From Eubacteriales bacterium (GTDB lineage: Bacteria > Bacillota > Clostridia > Lachnospirales > Lachnospiraceae), in NCBI GenBank assembly GCA_030526715.1, contig JAUNCG010000004.1, positions 4,932-68,931 on the forward strand: a DNA stretch of 64,000 nt, read 5' to 3'. The notes under the pieces were generated by a model that saw nothing but the letters and a program-made list of their open reading frames with translations, did no database searches and was not told where the DNA came from. The position numbers and the translations under genes are program-made. Below, one piece after another: positions 10,094 through 19,217 of the stretch; the first letter of the stretch is position 1; every line of letters starts with the position of its first letter.

Positions 10094-10131
10094 ATAAAAA
10101 TACCCTCTTCGTCAAAAGGCAACGAAGAGGG
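10094..10131 (-). terminator. Rho-independent terminator downstream of the Uma2 gene
   Basis: CCCTCTTCG / CGAAGAGGG stem. On the - strand it is followed by an ATTTTTA run. Confidence 0.6.
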
Positions 10132-10137
10132 ATACGA

Positions 10138-10683
10138 TTATTCTATGAAATCAGCGATCCGAAGCTGTAAATCCTCATAAATACCCACCGGGAGCTCCTG
10201 AGAAAAGGGAATGATGGTCGGCGCATCGTCACTCTCATAACGATACACGGTGGTACAATGCTTCGTGGGATCTACGATCCAGTATTCGCGCACTCCGGCA
10301 TGAGCATAAAGAAAATTCTTTGTAGAATAATCCATGCGGCGGCTACCGGGAGAGACGATCTCGATAATAAAATCCGGAGCGCCATTGCAGCCGCGATCCG
10401 TGAGCTTGCTGCGGTCACAGATGACACTGATGTCCGGTTCTACATAGGTACTGTCGTCGGCATTAAGATTCACAGCGAAGGGAGCCGGATAAACCTTGCA
10501 GGACCCATTGTTCGCGGCAATGTAGTTGCCAATGGTACGCCCTAATTGGTATACAAGCTCCTGATGGATTCTGCTCGGCGGAGCCATGGCATATAACTGT
10601 CCTTCAATCAATTCTGCCCGCTGCCCGTCCGGGAGATTCCAGTAATCCTGTGCTGTATAATGAAGTTCTTTTGGTAATGGCAT
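10138..10683 (-). CDS. Uma2-family (DUF820) restriction-endonuclease-like protein
   Basis: YTAQDYWNLPDGQRAELIEGQLY..MAPPS..H and the later PDISV / APDFIIEIVSP motifs are typical of Uma2. The start is set at the MPLPKE ATG (10683). Confidence 0.75.
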   Translation of the reverse strand: MPLPKELHYTAQDYWNLPDGQRAELIEGQLYAMAPPSRIHQELVYQLGRTIGNYIAANNGSCKVYPAPFAVNLNADDSTYVEPDISVICDRSKLTDRGCNGAPDFIIEIVSPGSRRMDYSTKNFLYAHAGVREYWIVDPTKHCTTVYRYESDDAPTIIPFSQELPVGIYEDLQLRIADFIE

Positions 10684-10822
10684 ATCGACACATCCTTTCC
10701 GTGAAATTGGATTAGTTATATTATACCGCAGGGCAGGCGGGATATCAACGGAAAACAAAGACATTTACCGGGATTGTTGACTGGATAGGGAATCGTGATA
10801 TAATAAAAATCAGAATAAAATC

Positions 10823-12205
10823 TTGAAGAAGAGGGTGGGAAAATTGACGAAAAACATGACAGAGGGAAGGCCTCTGAGATTGATTCTGCAATTTGCGTTA
10901 CCTCTTTTGATGGGAAATCTGATGCAGCAGACCTACAATATCATTGATGCTGCCATCGTTGGGAGAATTCTGGGAACGAATGCTCTGGCAGCGGTCGGAG
11001 CCACAAGCAGTGTGCAGTTTCTGGTGCTGGGCTTCTGTATCGGTACCTGCACCGGCTTTGGAATACCGGTGGCGACTCACTTTGGAGCCGGCAGGGGCGA
11101 TTGTGTGAAGGCTATGGTGTTCCATGGTGCGGTGCTGGTGATCGGACTTTCTGTGATATTGACCGCATTCTGCACGTGGCTATGCTCAGATATCTTACAT
11201 ATTCTGTCTGTTCCGGAGGATATTTTTGAAAATGCTTACGCATACCTTCTTGTGATTTTTCTTGGGCTTCCGTTTACGCTGCTTTACAATTTTCTTTCCA
11301 GCATTCTGAGGTCTGTGGGAGACAGCAGGACGCCCTTTGTGTTTCTGACCATTTCTACAATATTAAATGTGGGACTGGATCTCTTCTGTATTGTGATATT
11401 GGGCTGGGGATGCGCGGGAGCAGCGATTGCGACGGTTACGGCTCAGGCTGTGAGCGGATTTTTATGTCTGATATTTATATGGAAAAAGGTTCCCGTATTG
11501 AAGCCTGTCAGAGAGAATTGCCGCCTGCAGGGAAGGAATATACAGGAGCTTGTGGCGATGGGGGTACCGATGGGTCTGCAGTTTTCTATTACCGCGATCG
11601 GAAGTATGGTGATGCAATCGGCGAATAATGGTCTTGGGAGCATTTATGTGTCAGGCTTCACTTCCGGCATGAAAATTAAGCAGTTTGCCATGTGTCCCTT
11701 TGATGCCCTCGGTTCGGCGGTATCTGTATTTTGTGGTCAGAACCTCGGAGCAGGGAAGGGCAGGCGCATCCGTCAGGGAATCATTGAGGGAATGCTGCTC
11801 GGAATAGGCTATGGCGTGGCGATCGGTCTGGTATTGATTTTCTTCGGAAGAACGCTGTCACTGCTTTTTGTCAGTGCTGACGCGGCGAAGATACTGGATG
11901 CGTCGGCAAAGTATTTGCGTTGTCTTGGTTATTTTTACTGGTGTCTTGGGTTGCTGAATGTATGCCGAATGAGTACTCAGGGACTTGGATTTTCGGGAAG
12001 GACGATTTTTGCAGGCGTTGTGGAAATGCTTGCGCGGATCATCGTGAGCTGCGGCTTTGTGGGAGCTTACGGTTATACAGCCATATGTTTTGCGGATCAG
12101 AGTGCGTGGCTGGCGGGATGCTTTTATATCGTGCCTATGTGCTGGATCTGTGTGGGAAAGGTATCGAGGCGGCCAAACTCCGCCGTTTGCGGAAGGAATG
12201 CCTGA
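10823..12205 (+). CDS. MATE-family efflux transporter
   Basis: 12-TM profile with N-terminus ..G.PLRLILQFALPLLMGNLMQQTYN. The real start is probably internal, either TTG at 10844 or ATG at 10856, judging by alignment to the paralog at 25121-26470. Confidence 0.85.
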   Translation: MKKRVGKLTKNMTEGRPLRLILQFALPLLMGNLMQQTYNIIDAAIVGRILGTNALAAVGATSSVQFLVLGFCIGTCTGFGIPVATHFGAGRGDCVKAMVFHGAVLVIGLSVILTAFCTWLCSDILHILSVPEDIFENAYAYLLVIFLGLPFTLLYNFLSSILRSVGDSRTPFVFLTISTILNVGLDLFCIVILGWGCAGAAIATVTAQAVSGFLCLIFIWKKVPVLKPVRENCRLQGRNIQELVAMGVPMGLQFSITAIGSMVMQSANNGLGSIYVSGFTSGMKIKQFAMCPFDALGSAVSVFCGQNLGAGKGRRIRQGIIEGMLLGIGYGVAIGLVLIFFGRTLSLLFVSADAAKILDASAKYLRCLGYFYWCLGLLNVCRMSTQGLGFSGRTIFAGVVEMLARIIVSCGFVGAYGYTAICFADQSAWLAGCFYIVPMCWICVGKVSRRPNSAVCGRNA

Positions 12206-12276
12206 CGGGGCACAAACAGCAGAGATGATACCGTGTGATTTTGGCGTTAAGAAGATATGATATATAGGGGGATGTC

Positions 12277-14007
12277 ATGTTTCGGGTAACATTTATCAGA
12301 GAAAAGAAAAGTATAGACGTGGAAGCAGGGACGACGGTGCTGGAAGCGCAGATTCAGGCCGGTCTGACGCCGGATGCTCCCTGTGGCGGAGCGGGAACCT
12401 GCGGGAAATGTCTGGTTCGTATAGATGGAAAGAGTGTACAGGCGTGTCAGACAAAGGTGGAGTCGGATATCGCGGTGGATACCATGGCAGAGAAGACGAA
12501 GCACGAGATCCTTACAAAAGGCTTTTGCCGTTCAGTGCCCTTTGCGCCGGGACTGGAGATTCACAAGATACATATGGAAAAGCCTTTGCCCGGAGAAAAA
12601 TGTTCTGAGTGGGAGCGTCTGTTAGAACAGCTTTGGGTGGCGGGCGGACCGAAGCCTTTGGCGGTGAAGCCGGATCTTGTGCTGGCGGCCGGTCTGTATG
12701 AAAAAAGGAAAGAGACTCCCGACTGGTATGTGATCCATACGGATGAGGAGATTCTGGAGCTTCGGCAGACGCCGGGAAGGTGCTGCTTTGCAGCCTTTGA
12801 TATCGGAACTACAACGGTAGCGGGCTACCTTCTGGATGCGAAAAGCGCAGAGGTGTTGTCTGTGGATAGCCGTATGAATCCGCAGGCGCAATATGGAGCG
12901 GATGTGATCATGCGGGCAAATTATGTGATGGAGCACGGAGGCGAGGCCCTGAGCTCCTGTATCCGGGCGACGATTCGGGAAATGCTGGAGCATCTGGCAA
13001 AAAAAGCGAACGTAGAGCTGACGGATATTTTTCAGGTCAGCATTGCGGGCAACACCTGCATGCATCATCTGTTTCTGGGAATCTCGCCGGCCTCACTGGT
13101 TTATGCGCCATACACACCGGCGATCCGTGAGGGATTGACCCTGCGGGCGGCAGAGTACGACATTAAGATACATCCGAGAGGACAGCTTCTGATGCTGCCG
13201 AATATTGCCGGATATGTAGGAGCGGACACCTGCGGATGTCTGTTGGCTGTCCGTCCGGATCTGAAGGAGGAAGTGACGCTGATTTTGGATATCGGAACCA
13301 ACGGAGAGATGGTGTTGGGAAATAAGGAGCATCTGGCAGCCTGCTCTACGGCAGCAGGACCGGCGCTCGAGGGAGCCAAGATCGAGTGCGGGATGCGTGG
13401 AGCCTCCGGAGCAGTGGATCATGTTTCGTTTGAAAATGGAGAATTTCACTATCATACGATCGATGATCTGCCTGCACAGGGCATCTGCGGTTCGGGCCTG
13501 ATTGATCTGGTAGCGGCGCTGCTGCGGGCGGGCAGAATCGATGAGTACGGAAAGCTGAGCACCGGTCAGGAGCAGGAACATATTTTTTATCTCGTGCCTC
13601 CGGAGAAATCCGGAAATGGGAAAGGCGTGTATCTGACCCAGAAGGATATTCGGGAGGTACAGCTGGCAAAGGCGGCTATCGCGGCGGGGATGCAGCTGCT
13701 GATGAAGCGTCTGTCCATAGCAGAGAAAGAAATAGCGGAAGTATATATCGCAGGAGCCTTCGGTAATTATATGGATGCCGAGAGCGCCGGACGTATCGGA
13801 CTGCTGCCGCCGGGGTTGATAGATCGTGTAAAACCGATCGGAAATGCTGCCGGAGAAGGGGCAAAGATCGCGCTGATTTCCAAAGAGGAGCGCAGATATG
13901 CGGATGAGCTGGTGAAAAGAATCGACTTTGTGGAGCTGGCGGCGTCGCCGGAGTTTCAAGACTGCTTTGTGGATGAGCTTGGATTTGTGGAAGAGGTGTC
14001 GGAATGA
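12277..14007 (+). CDS. corrinoid reductive activase (RACo-like): 2Fe-2S ferredoxin plus ASKHA/DUF4445 ATPase
   Basis: N-terminal plant-type ferredoxin motif CGGAGTCGKC...C. ASKHA phosphate motifs FDIGTTTVAG and LDIGTNGE, and GICGSGLIDL. Confidence 0.8.
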   Translation: MFRVTFIREKKSIDVEAGTTVLEAQIQAGLTPDAPCGGAGTCGKCLVRIDGKSVQACQTKVESDIAVDTMAEKTKHEILTKGFCRSVPFAPGLEIHKIHMEKPLPGEKCSEWERLLEQLWVAGGPKPLAVKPDLVLAAGLYEKRKETPDWYVIHTDEEILELRQTPGRCCFAAFDIGTTTVAGYLLDAKSAEVLSVDSRMNPQAQYGADVIMRANYVMEHGGEALSSCIRATIREMLEHLAKKANVELTDIFQVSIAGNTCMHHLFLGISPASLVYAPYTPAIREGLTLRAAEYDIKIHPRGQLLMLPNIAGYVGADTCGCLLAVRPDLKEEVTLILDIGTNGEMVLGNKEHLAACSTAAGPALEGAKIECGMRGASGAVDHVSFENGEFHYHTIDDLPAQGICGSGLIDLVAALLRAGRIDEYGKLSTGQEQEHIFYLVPPEKSGNGKGVYLTQKDIREVQLAKAAIAAGMQLLMKRLSIAEKEIAEVYIAGAFGNYMDAESAGRIGLLPPGLIDRVKPIGNAAGEGAKIALISKEERRYADELVKRIDFVELAASPEFQDCFVDELGFVEEVSE

Positions 14008-14543
14008 TAGATTTGGAAAAGATAATGGAGTTGGCAAAAAAACAGGGATTTTCTGAGGTCGGCGCTCTGGACTGCGCCACCATTGAGCTGCTGCCCGAGG
14101 TACGCAGCATGTGTGAACAGAATACCTGTCACAGATTCGGAAATTGCTGGAGCTGTCCGCCCGGCTGCGGCACTCTGGAGGAATGCGAAGAAAAGCTTCG
14201 CGGTTTTCGCCGCGGAATTCTGGTGCAAACGGTCGGTGAGCTGGAGGACGAGCTGGACGGGGAAGCCATGATGGAGACGGAGGCGAAGCATAAAAAGAAT
14301 TTTTATGCTTTTGCGGAAACGCTGCGGAAGCAGTATCCGGGGATGCTTGCAGTTGGCGCAGGAAGCTGTAACATCTGTAAGGAGTGTACCTACCCGGAGG
14401 AGCCCTGCCGTTTTCCGGATAAGGCGGTGGTATCCATGGAAGCCTACGGGATGCTGGTGACGCAGGTCTGTCAGGCAAATGGGATAAAGTATTATCACGG
14501 TCCCTGTACGATTGCATATACGAGCTGTTATCTCTTGGAGTAA
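14004..14543 (+). CDS. DUF2284-type predicted metal-binding protein
   Basis: 179 aa and Cys-rich (CHRFGNCWSCPPGCG, CNICKEC). ATGA start/stop overlap with the activase gene. Confidence 0.6.
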   Translation: MIDLEKIMELAKKQGFSEVGALDCATIELLPEVRSMCEQNTCHRFGNCWSCPPGCGTLEECEEKLRGFRRGILVQTVGELEDELDGEAMMETEAKHKKNFYAFAETLRKQYPGMLAVGAGSCNICKECTYPEEPCRFPDKAVVSMEAYGMLVTQVCQANGIKYYHGPCTIAYTSCYLLE

Positions 14544-14553
14544 TCGGGAGAAC

Positions 14554-14583
14554 TTGACACGCTTAGAGCGGACAACTTATAAT
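14554..14583 (+). promoter_or_regulatory. sigma-A-type promoter upstream of the corrinoid protein gene
   Basis: TTGACA (14554-14559), 18-nt spacer, TATAAT (14578-14583). Confidence 0.5.
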
Positions 14584-14618
14584 AAGATATAATTACTTGC
14601 ACGGAAGGAAGAAACACG

Positions 14619-15254
14619 GTGACGATACTGGAGAAACTGCGTACAGCGATCGAGGAAGGATATCCGGGGGATATGGAGCGTCTGGTGAAGGAGGCGCTGG
14701 ATATGCCGATAGAGCCCATGAGGATTGTGGAGGAGGCGATGATGCCGGCTATGCAGTCCGTGGGGGAAGAATATAAGAATCAGGATGCAGATATTCTGCG
14801 CATACTGGCGGCGGCACGCTGTATTCGGAAGGGATTTGAGGTGTTGGAGGAGCATGCGGAGGACTTCGAGCGCAGTAGTATCGGGACGGTGATCGTAGGA
14901 ACTGTGGAAGGAGATCTGCATGATGTAGGGAAGAATCTCGTGGCGATCATGTTCCGCAGCGCGGGCTTTCGGGTGATCGACTTGGGAGTAGACATTTCAG
15001 AGAAGCAGTTCTTAAAGGCAGTGCGTGAGACACCGGAGGTCTCTATTGTATGTATTTCCTCACTGCTTACCACCTCCATCACGGAGATGCAGCAGGTCGT
15101 AAGATCGCTTCGCCGCAACGATCCTGAGAAAAAGTATAAGATCATGGTAGGTGGCGGTGCGGTTACCAGACAGCTTGCGGAGAGCATGGGGGCAGACGCT
15201 TACACGGAGAACTGCGTGGAGGCTGCGGAGGTCGCCAAGACATTTATGGTATAG
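14619..15254 (+). CDS. cobalamin-binding corrinoid protein (MtbC/MttC/MtaC-like)
   Basis: 211 aa. N-terminal helical cap plus Rossmann B12-binding domain with the DxHxxG motif (DLHDVG, 14913-14930). GTG start. Confidence 0.85.
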   Translation: MTILEKLRTAIEEGYPGDMERLVKEALDMPIEPMRIVEEAMMPAMQSVGEEYKNQDADILRILAAARCIRKGFEVLEEHAEDFERSSIGTVIVGTVEGDLHDVGKNLVAIMFRSAGFRVIDLGVDISEKQFLKAVRETPEVSIVCISSLLTTSITEMQQVVRSLRRNDPEKKYKIMVGGGAVTRQLAESMGADAYTENCVEAAEVAKTFMV

Positions 15255-15300
15255 GCGGTGCGAAGAATGATCGTTTGTACAGAACTGGGAGGAACTGAGG

Positions 15301-16872
15301 ATGAAGCTTTCATCCGCTTATCTATATGAGCAGCTGAAAAAAGAATATGAGATTGCCGACAGCTATGGCATATCCGGGCGCGATGGATATCTGCGCCCGT
15401 TTTTATACAGAAAAAATACAGCAGATCAAAGAGGTGGGAGAGTCCATGGCCACATCTGTGTCGTTCCGCTTGAGGAGTATCCGGAGAGGGTCGAACCGGA
15501 TATATTTTATATTATATGCTGTCAGAAGGTGGATAACTCCTATATGAGAAATGACGGCATACTGGATGCGTGGGGAGAACAAAAGGAGCACCCCTGCCTT
15601 TATGTGCTGCAGAAGGAGGATTCGCCGGCGGATATCTTGAATTTGCTCCAACAGATCTATGATGACTGTGAGGCGTGGGATGAGCGGGTGGATGATCTGG
15701 TGATTGGCAATGCCGGGATGGATAAGGTGCTGCAGGAGATGGCGGAGTTTTTGGGGAATCCCGTGTTTGTGATGGGGCTGGATTTCTCTCTGAGTGCAGA
15801 GGCGGGGATGGAGAAGCTTCCGGATAAGGCAAGGCTTTTTACGGAAGACGGTCTGAATATGGAGTATATGAATGCGCTGGTACAAAGCAGCGCATATGAG
15901 ATGCTGGTCAAAGAGAAGCATACAGTGCTTTATCGGGATCACAGCAGCGGACTTCGTACCTTGAACCGTAACTTGATGACAGATGGACAGCCCACTCACA
16001 GAGTGGTTATGACGGAGGGGGATACAGAGCTCACGCCGGGGAAGATCTGTCTGATGGAGGCAGTGGTGAGCAGGCTGGAGTATCTGGTTTCCCATGAGAA
16101 TGCAAATTCAAAGGCGGGAACCTTGGAGCAGATTTTTCAAAAGCTCCTGACAGACCGTACGGCAGATTATGTGCAGGTGAGTCGTCAGCTCTCCGCAGCG
16201 GGCTGGGGAAAAAACCACAGATATCAGTGTCTGCTTCTGCAGATCACGTATTTGAATCAGAAGCTCCTTTCGACGAAGGCGATCTGCCGTTATATTCAAA
16301 AGCAGCTTCCGGATTCCATCAGTTTTTTCTATCAGGATGAGGTAGTCACATATTTTAACCTGACGCGTCTGGAGCTGACGGAGGAGGAAGTGGCGGCCAA
16401 GATGGTCTACTTTATCCGCGACAGTTATCTGAAGGCGGGCTACAGCCGGGTGATGCAGGGGCATATGAACCTTCGAAGGCAGTATGTGCAGGCGAGGACG
16501 GCCATCGATGTGGGAGGAAGAAAGAAGCCGTATCTGTGGATACATCACTTTAATCAGGTGGCTATGCCCTATATTATGGAGCAGATCACGAGAAGGCTGC
16601 CGGGAAGCATGCTCTGCCATGAAGGTTTGCTGCGGCTGCAGCGCTCGGACAGGGAGAACCGTACGGAATATGTGCGTACCCTGAAGGTATATCTGGATCA
16701 GCATCTGAATGCTTCGCAGACGGCTAACGTGCTGTTTATTCATCGAAGCACGTTTTTGTATCGTATGGAGAAGATCCGGGAGATCCTGCAGTCGGAGATG
16801 GACGATCCGGAGGAAATCTTTTATCTGGAATTGTCGATGCGGCTGCTGGAGCAGGAGGAAGAGAAGAACTAG
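15301..16872 (+). CDS. PucR-family transcriptional regulator
   Basis: 523 aa. C-terminal PucR-type HTH: LNASQTANVLFIHRSTFLYRMEKIREIL. Confidence 0.7.
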   Translation: MKLSSAYLYEQLKKEYEIADSYGISGRDGYLRPFLYRKNTADQRGGRVHGHICVVPLEEYPERVEPDIFYIICCQKVDNSYMRNDGILDAWGEQKEHPCLYVLQKEDSPADILNLLQQIYDDCEAWDERVDDLVIGNAGMDKVLQEMAEFLGNPVFVMGLDFSLSAEAGMEKLPDKARLFTEDGLNMEYMNALVQSSAYEMLVKEKHTVLYRDHSSGLRTLNRNLMTDGQPTHRVVMTEGDTELTPGKICLMEAVVSRLEYLVSHENANSKAGTLEQIFQKLLTDRTADYVQVSRQLSAAGWGKNHRYQCLLLQITYLNQKLLSTKAICRYIQKQLPDSISFFYQDEVVTYFNLTRLELTEEEVAAKMVYFIRDSYLKAGYSRVMQGHMNLRRQYVQARTAIDVGGRKKPYLWIHHFNQVAMPYIMEQITRRLPGSMLCHEGLLRLQRSDRENRTEYVRTLKVYLDQHLNASQTANVLFIHRSTFLYRMEKIREILQSEMDDPEEIFYLELSMRLLEQEEEKN

Positions 16873-16879
16873 CATGTAC

Positions 16880-16908
16880 TTGACACCTTTTGAAATGGGG
16901 TTTAATAT
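16880..16908 (+). promoter_or_regulatory. sigma-A-type promoter for ilvE
   Basis: TTGACA (16880-16885), 17-nt spacer, TAATAT (16903-16908). Confidence 0.5.
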
Positions 16909-16978
16909 AGTAGAAAGCTATGTTACTGCACAGTATCAAAGTAAATACCTACCTGTAGGAGAAAAGAGGACAGATATT

Positions 16979-18004
16979 ATGGAAAAGAAGAATATCGATT
17001 GGTCAAATCTTGGGTTTGGCTACATACCGACAGAGAAGCGTTTTGTTGCAAACTATAAGGACGGAGTCTGGGAGGAGGGCGTGCTGACAGAGGATGCTAC
17101 GGTCACCATCAGTGAGTGCGCAGGCGTTCTGCAGTATGCACAGACCTGCTTTGAGGGAATGAAGGCGTATACGACCGAGGATGGACGAATCGTGATCTTC
17201 CGCCCGGATCTGAACGCGCAGCGTATGGAGGATTCCTGTCGCAGACTTGAGATGCCGGTGTTCCCGCAGGATAAGTTCGTGGAGGCGGTTGTGGAGACTG
17301 TAAAAGCGAACGCTGCTTATGTACCGCCGTTCGGAACTGGCGCGACGCTCTATATCCGTCCGTATATGTTCGGAAGTGATGCGGTCATCGGGGTGAAGCC
17401 TGCGAGCGAGTATCAGTTCCGTGTATTTGTCACTCCGGTCGGCCCGTATTTCAAGGGCGGCGCAAAGCCGATCACCATCCGGGTGAGTGATTTTGACCGT
17501 GCGGCACCCCACGGAACAGGCCATATCAAGGCCGGACTGAATTATGCCATGAGTCTGCATGCAATCGTGGATGCTCACAATCAGGGATTTGATGAGAATA
17601 TGTATCTGGATGCCGCTACCCGCACCAAGGTCGAGGAGACCGGCGGAGCGAATTTCCTGTTTGTGACAAAGGACGGCAAGGTCGTGACGCCGAAGTCTGA
17701 CAGTATCCTGCCTTCGATCACGCGTCGTTCTCTGATGGTGGTTGCGAAGGATTATCTCGGTCTGGAAGTGGAAGAGCGCGAGGTTTATTTTGATGAGGTG
17801 AAGGAGTTTGCAGAGTGCGGTCTTTGCGGTACCGCGGCAGTTATCTCTCCGGTCGGCAAGATCGTGGATCACGGCAGGGACATCTGTCTGCCGAGCGGCA
17901 TGGAAGAGATGGGACCGATCACGAAAAAGCTCTATGAAACTCTGACGGGTATCCAGATGGGACGCATTGAGGCTCCGAAGGGCTGGATCAAAGAGGTCTG
18001 CTAA
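16979..18004 (+). CDS. ilvE: branched-chain amino acid aminotransferase
   Basis: 341 aa starting MEKKNIDWSNLGFGY. Class-IV aminotransferase motifs (EGMKAY, YIRP, GTGHIKAGLNY). The longer ORF beginning at 16709 is rejected. Confidence 0.9.
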   Translation: MEKKNIDWSNLGFGYIPTEKRFVANYKDGVWEEGVLTEDATVTISECAGVLQYAQTCFEGMKAYTTEDGRIVIFRPDLNAQRMEDSCRRLEMPVFPQDKFVEAVVETVKANAAYVPPFGTGATLYIRPYMFGSDAVIGVKPASEYQFRVFVTPVGPYFKGGAKPITIRVSDFDRAAPHGTGHIKAGLNYAMSLHAIVDAHNQGFDENMYLDAATRTKVEETGGANFLFVTKDGKVVTPKSDSILPSITRRSLMVVAKDYLGLEVEEREVYFDEVKEFAECGLCGTAAVISPVGKIVDHGRDICLPSGMEEMGPITKKLYETLTGIQMGRIEAPKGWIKEVC

Positions 18005-18027
18005 TACGACAATAGGATATAAAATAG

Positions 18028-18059
18028 AGGCTGTTACCTGCGGGTGACAGCCTTTTTTG
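18028..18059. terminator. Rho-independent terminator between convergent ilvE and the DtxR-family gene
   Basis: AGGCTGTTACC / GGTGACAGCCT stem followed by TTTTTT. Confidence 0.75.
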
Positions 18060-18112
18060 AGCAAAAAAGATGCCCGCTTCAAAAAACGGACATCACAGCT
18101 ACCGATATATGA

Positions 18113-18478
18113 TTACTTGAGCGTAATTGCTTTCTTAATGGCGTCAAAGCTCTCTGCGCTGATCACATGCTCGATCTTGCAGGCGTCCTCCAGAGCGATC
18201 TTAGGATCCACACCGAGTTGTATCAGCCATGCGGAAAGGAATTGATGACGTTCATAGATCATCTCGGCAATCTCGCGTCCCGTGTCAGTCAGGTAGATAA
18301 ATCCCGCATCGGTCACAGTAATATGCTCCTTCTCACGCAGATTCTTCATGGCGATACTGACGCTTGATTTTTTAAATCCCATTTCATTTGCAATATCCAC
18401 AGAGCGCACCACCGGAAGTGATTTGCTCAGAATCAATATAGTTTCAAGATAGTTCTCCGCAGATTCGTTTACGTTCAT
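18113..18478 (-). CDS. DtxR/MntR-family metal-dependent transcriptional regulator
   Basis: 121 aa from MNVNESAENYLETILIL. Winged HTH plus dimerisation helix (ERHQFLSAWL). Divergent from feoA. Confidence 0.8.
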   Translation of the reverse strand: MNVNESAENYLETILILSKSLPVVRSVDIANEMGFKKSSVSIAMKNLREKEHITVTDAGFIYLTDTGREIAEMIYERHQFLSAWLIQLGVDPKIALEDACKIEHVISAESFDAIKKAITLK

Positions 18479-18613
18479 GATTAGCACCTCATTCCAAAGC
18501 ATCGACCAACGTCCCCTCTTTGGAGAGTATGGTGTCGACGTATTCATACATAAAATTATAATTACTGCAAGTATAGCATAGAAATTGAATTTCGGCAAAC
18601 ATTAAAAAATAGC

Positions 18614-18642
18614 TTGACAACAAACTGAAATAAGGCTAAACT
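18614..18642 (+). promoter_or_regulatory. sigma-A-type promoter for the feo operon
   Basis: TTGACA (18614-18619), 17-nt spacer, TAAACT (18637-18642). Confidence 0.45.
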
Positions 18643-18669
18643 AACAGACGTAAGAAATGCATTACGATT

Positions 18670-18715
18670 GTGAGTATGGATTTACAAAAGTGAGTCAAAG
18701 AACACAAGAGTGAGA
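18670..18715 (+). repeat. three direct GTGAG(T/A) repeats with exactly 20-nt phasing in the feoA leader
   Basis: GTGAGT at 18670, GTGAGT at 18690 and GTGAGA at 18710, each preceded by a purine-rich dinucleotide. Confidence 0.6.
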
Positions 18716-18742
18716 TAATACTATATCAGATGGGAGGATACG

Positions 18743-18955
18743 ATGATGCCTTTATCCATGGTAAATACAGGAGAACCGCAGCAGATTAAGAAAATCGGAG
18801 GTAAGGAAGAGACGAGACGCTTTCTTGAGAATCTGGGATTTGTTCCGGGTGGAATGGTAACCGTGGTATCTGCGATTGGCGGCAATCTGATCGTGAATGT
18901 CAAGGATTCCAGAGTTGCCATCGGAAAAGATATGGCGACTCGAATCATGGTCTGA
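18743..18955 (+). CDS. feoA: ferrous iron transport protein FeoA
   Basis: 70 aa, SH3-like FeoA: LENLGFVPGGMVTVV..GGNLIVNVKDSRVAIGKDMA. Confidence 0.85.
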   Translation: MMPLSMVNTGEPQQIKKIGGKEETRRFLENLGFVPGGMVTVVSAIGGNLIVNVKDSRVAIGKDMATRIMV

Positions 18956-18974
18956 GATGGTGGGAGGAGAAATT

Positions 18975-19199
18975 ATGCAGACGTTGAGAGATGTGCCGGT
19001 AGGCAAGACCGTCAAGGTGCAGAAACTTACAGGAGAGGGTCCTGTGAAGAGACGCATCATGGACATGGGAATTACCAAAGGCGTGGAGGTCTTTGTGAGA
19101 AAGGTAGCTCCGCTGGGAGATCCGATCGAGGTTACGGTTCGCGGATATGAGCTGTCTCTGCGCAAGGCAGATGCAGAGATGATCACAGTAGAGGCTTAA
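18975..19199 (+). CDS. feoA: ferrous iron transport protein FeoA (second copy)
   Basis: 74 aa from MQTLRDVPVGKTVKV. Motif RRIMDMGITKG..V.V....PLGDPIEV. The ATG follows GGGAGGAG. Confidence 0.85.
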   Translation: MQTLRDVPVGKTVKVQKLTGEGPVKRRIMDMGITKGVEVFVRKVAPLGDPIEVTVRGYELSLRKADAEMITVEA

Positions 19200-19217
19200 T
19201 AGAAAGGGAGAGAGCAT

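Noticed and set aside
9657-10683. XRE regulator plus Uma2 endonuclease-like gene as a toxin-antitoxin or defence pair.
   Set aside because: A Rho-independent terminator (10094-10131) and a 136-nt gap separate the two genes. There is no overlap or coupling. Both families are common stand-alone genes.
13093-14517. Long antisense ORFs opposite well-supported genes. Examples: 13093-14517 (474 aa), 23456-24529, 26632-27981, 30117-31547, 32824-33993, 16108-16875, 17003-18082, 3514-4437.
   Set aside because: Their translations are low-complexity (R/H/Q/P/L/S-rich) with no recognisable motifs. Each one fully shadows a sense-strand gene with clear family signatures. They look like frame artefacts of codon-biased coding sequence.
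16709-16978. N-terminal 90-codon extension of ilvE offered by the ORF track.
   Set aside because: The extension is R/C/W-rich, overlaps the 3' end of the PucR gene, and spans a good promoter (16880-16908). The conserved aminotransferase N-terminus begins at the ATG at 16979.
18625-18645. DtxR/IdeR-type operator overlapping the feo promoter.
   Set aside because: Only one half-site-like segment (AAGGCTAAAC) resembles TTAGGTTAGGCTAACCTAA, and the partner half is absent. This is too weak to call.
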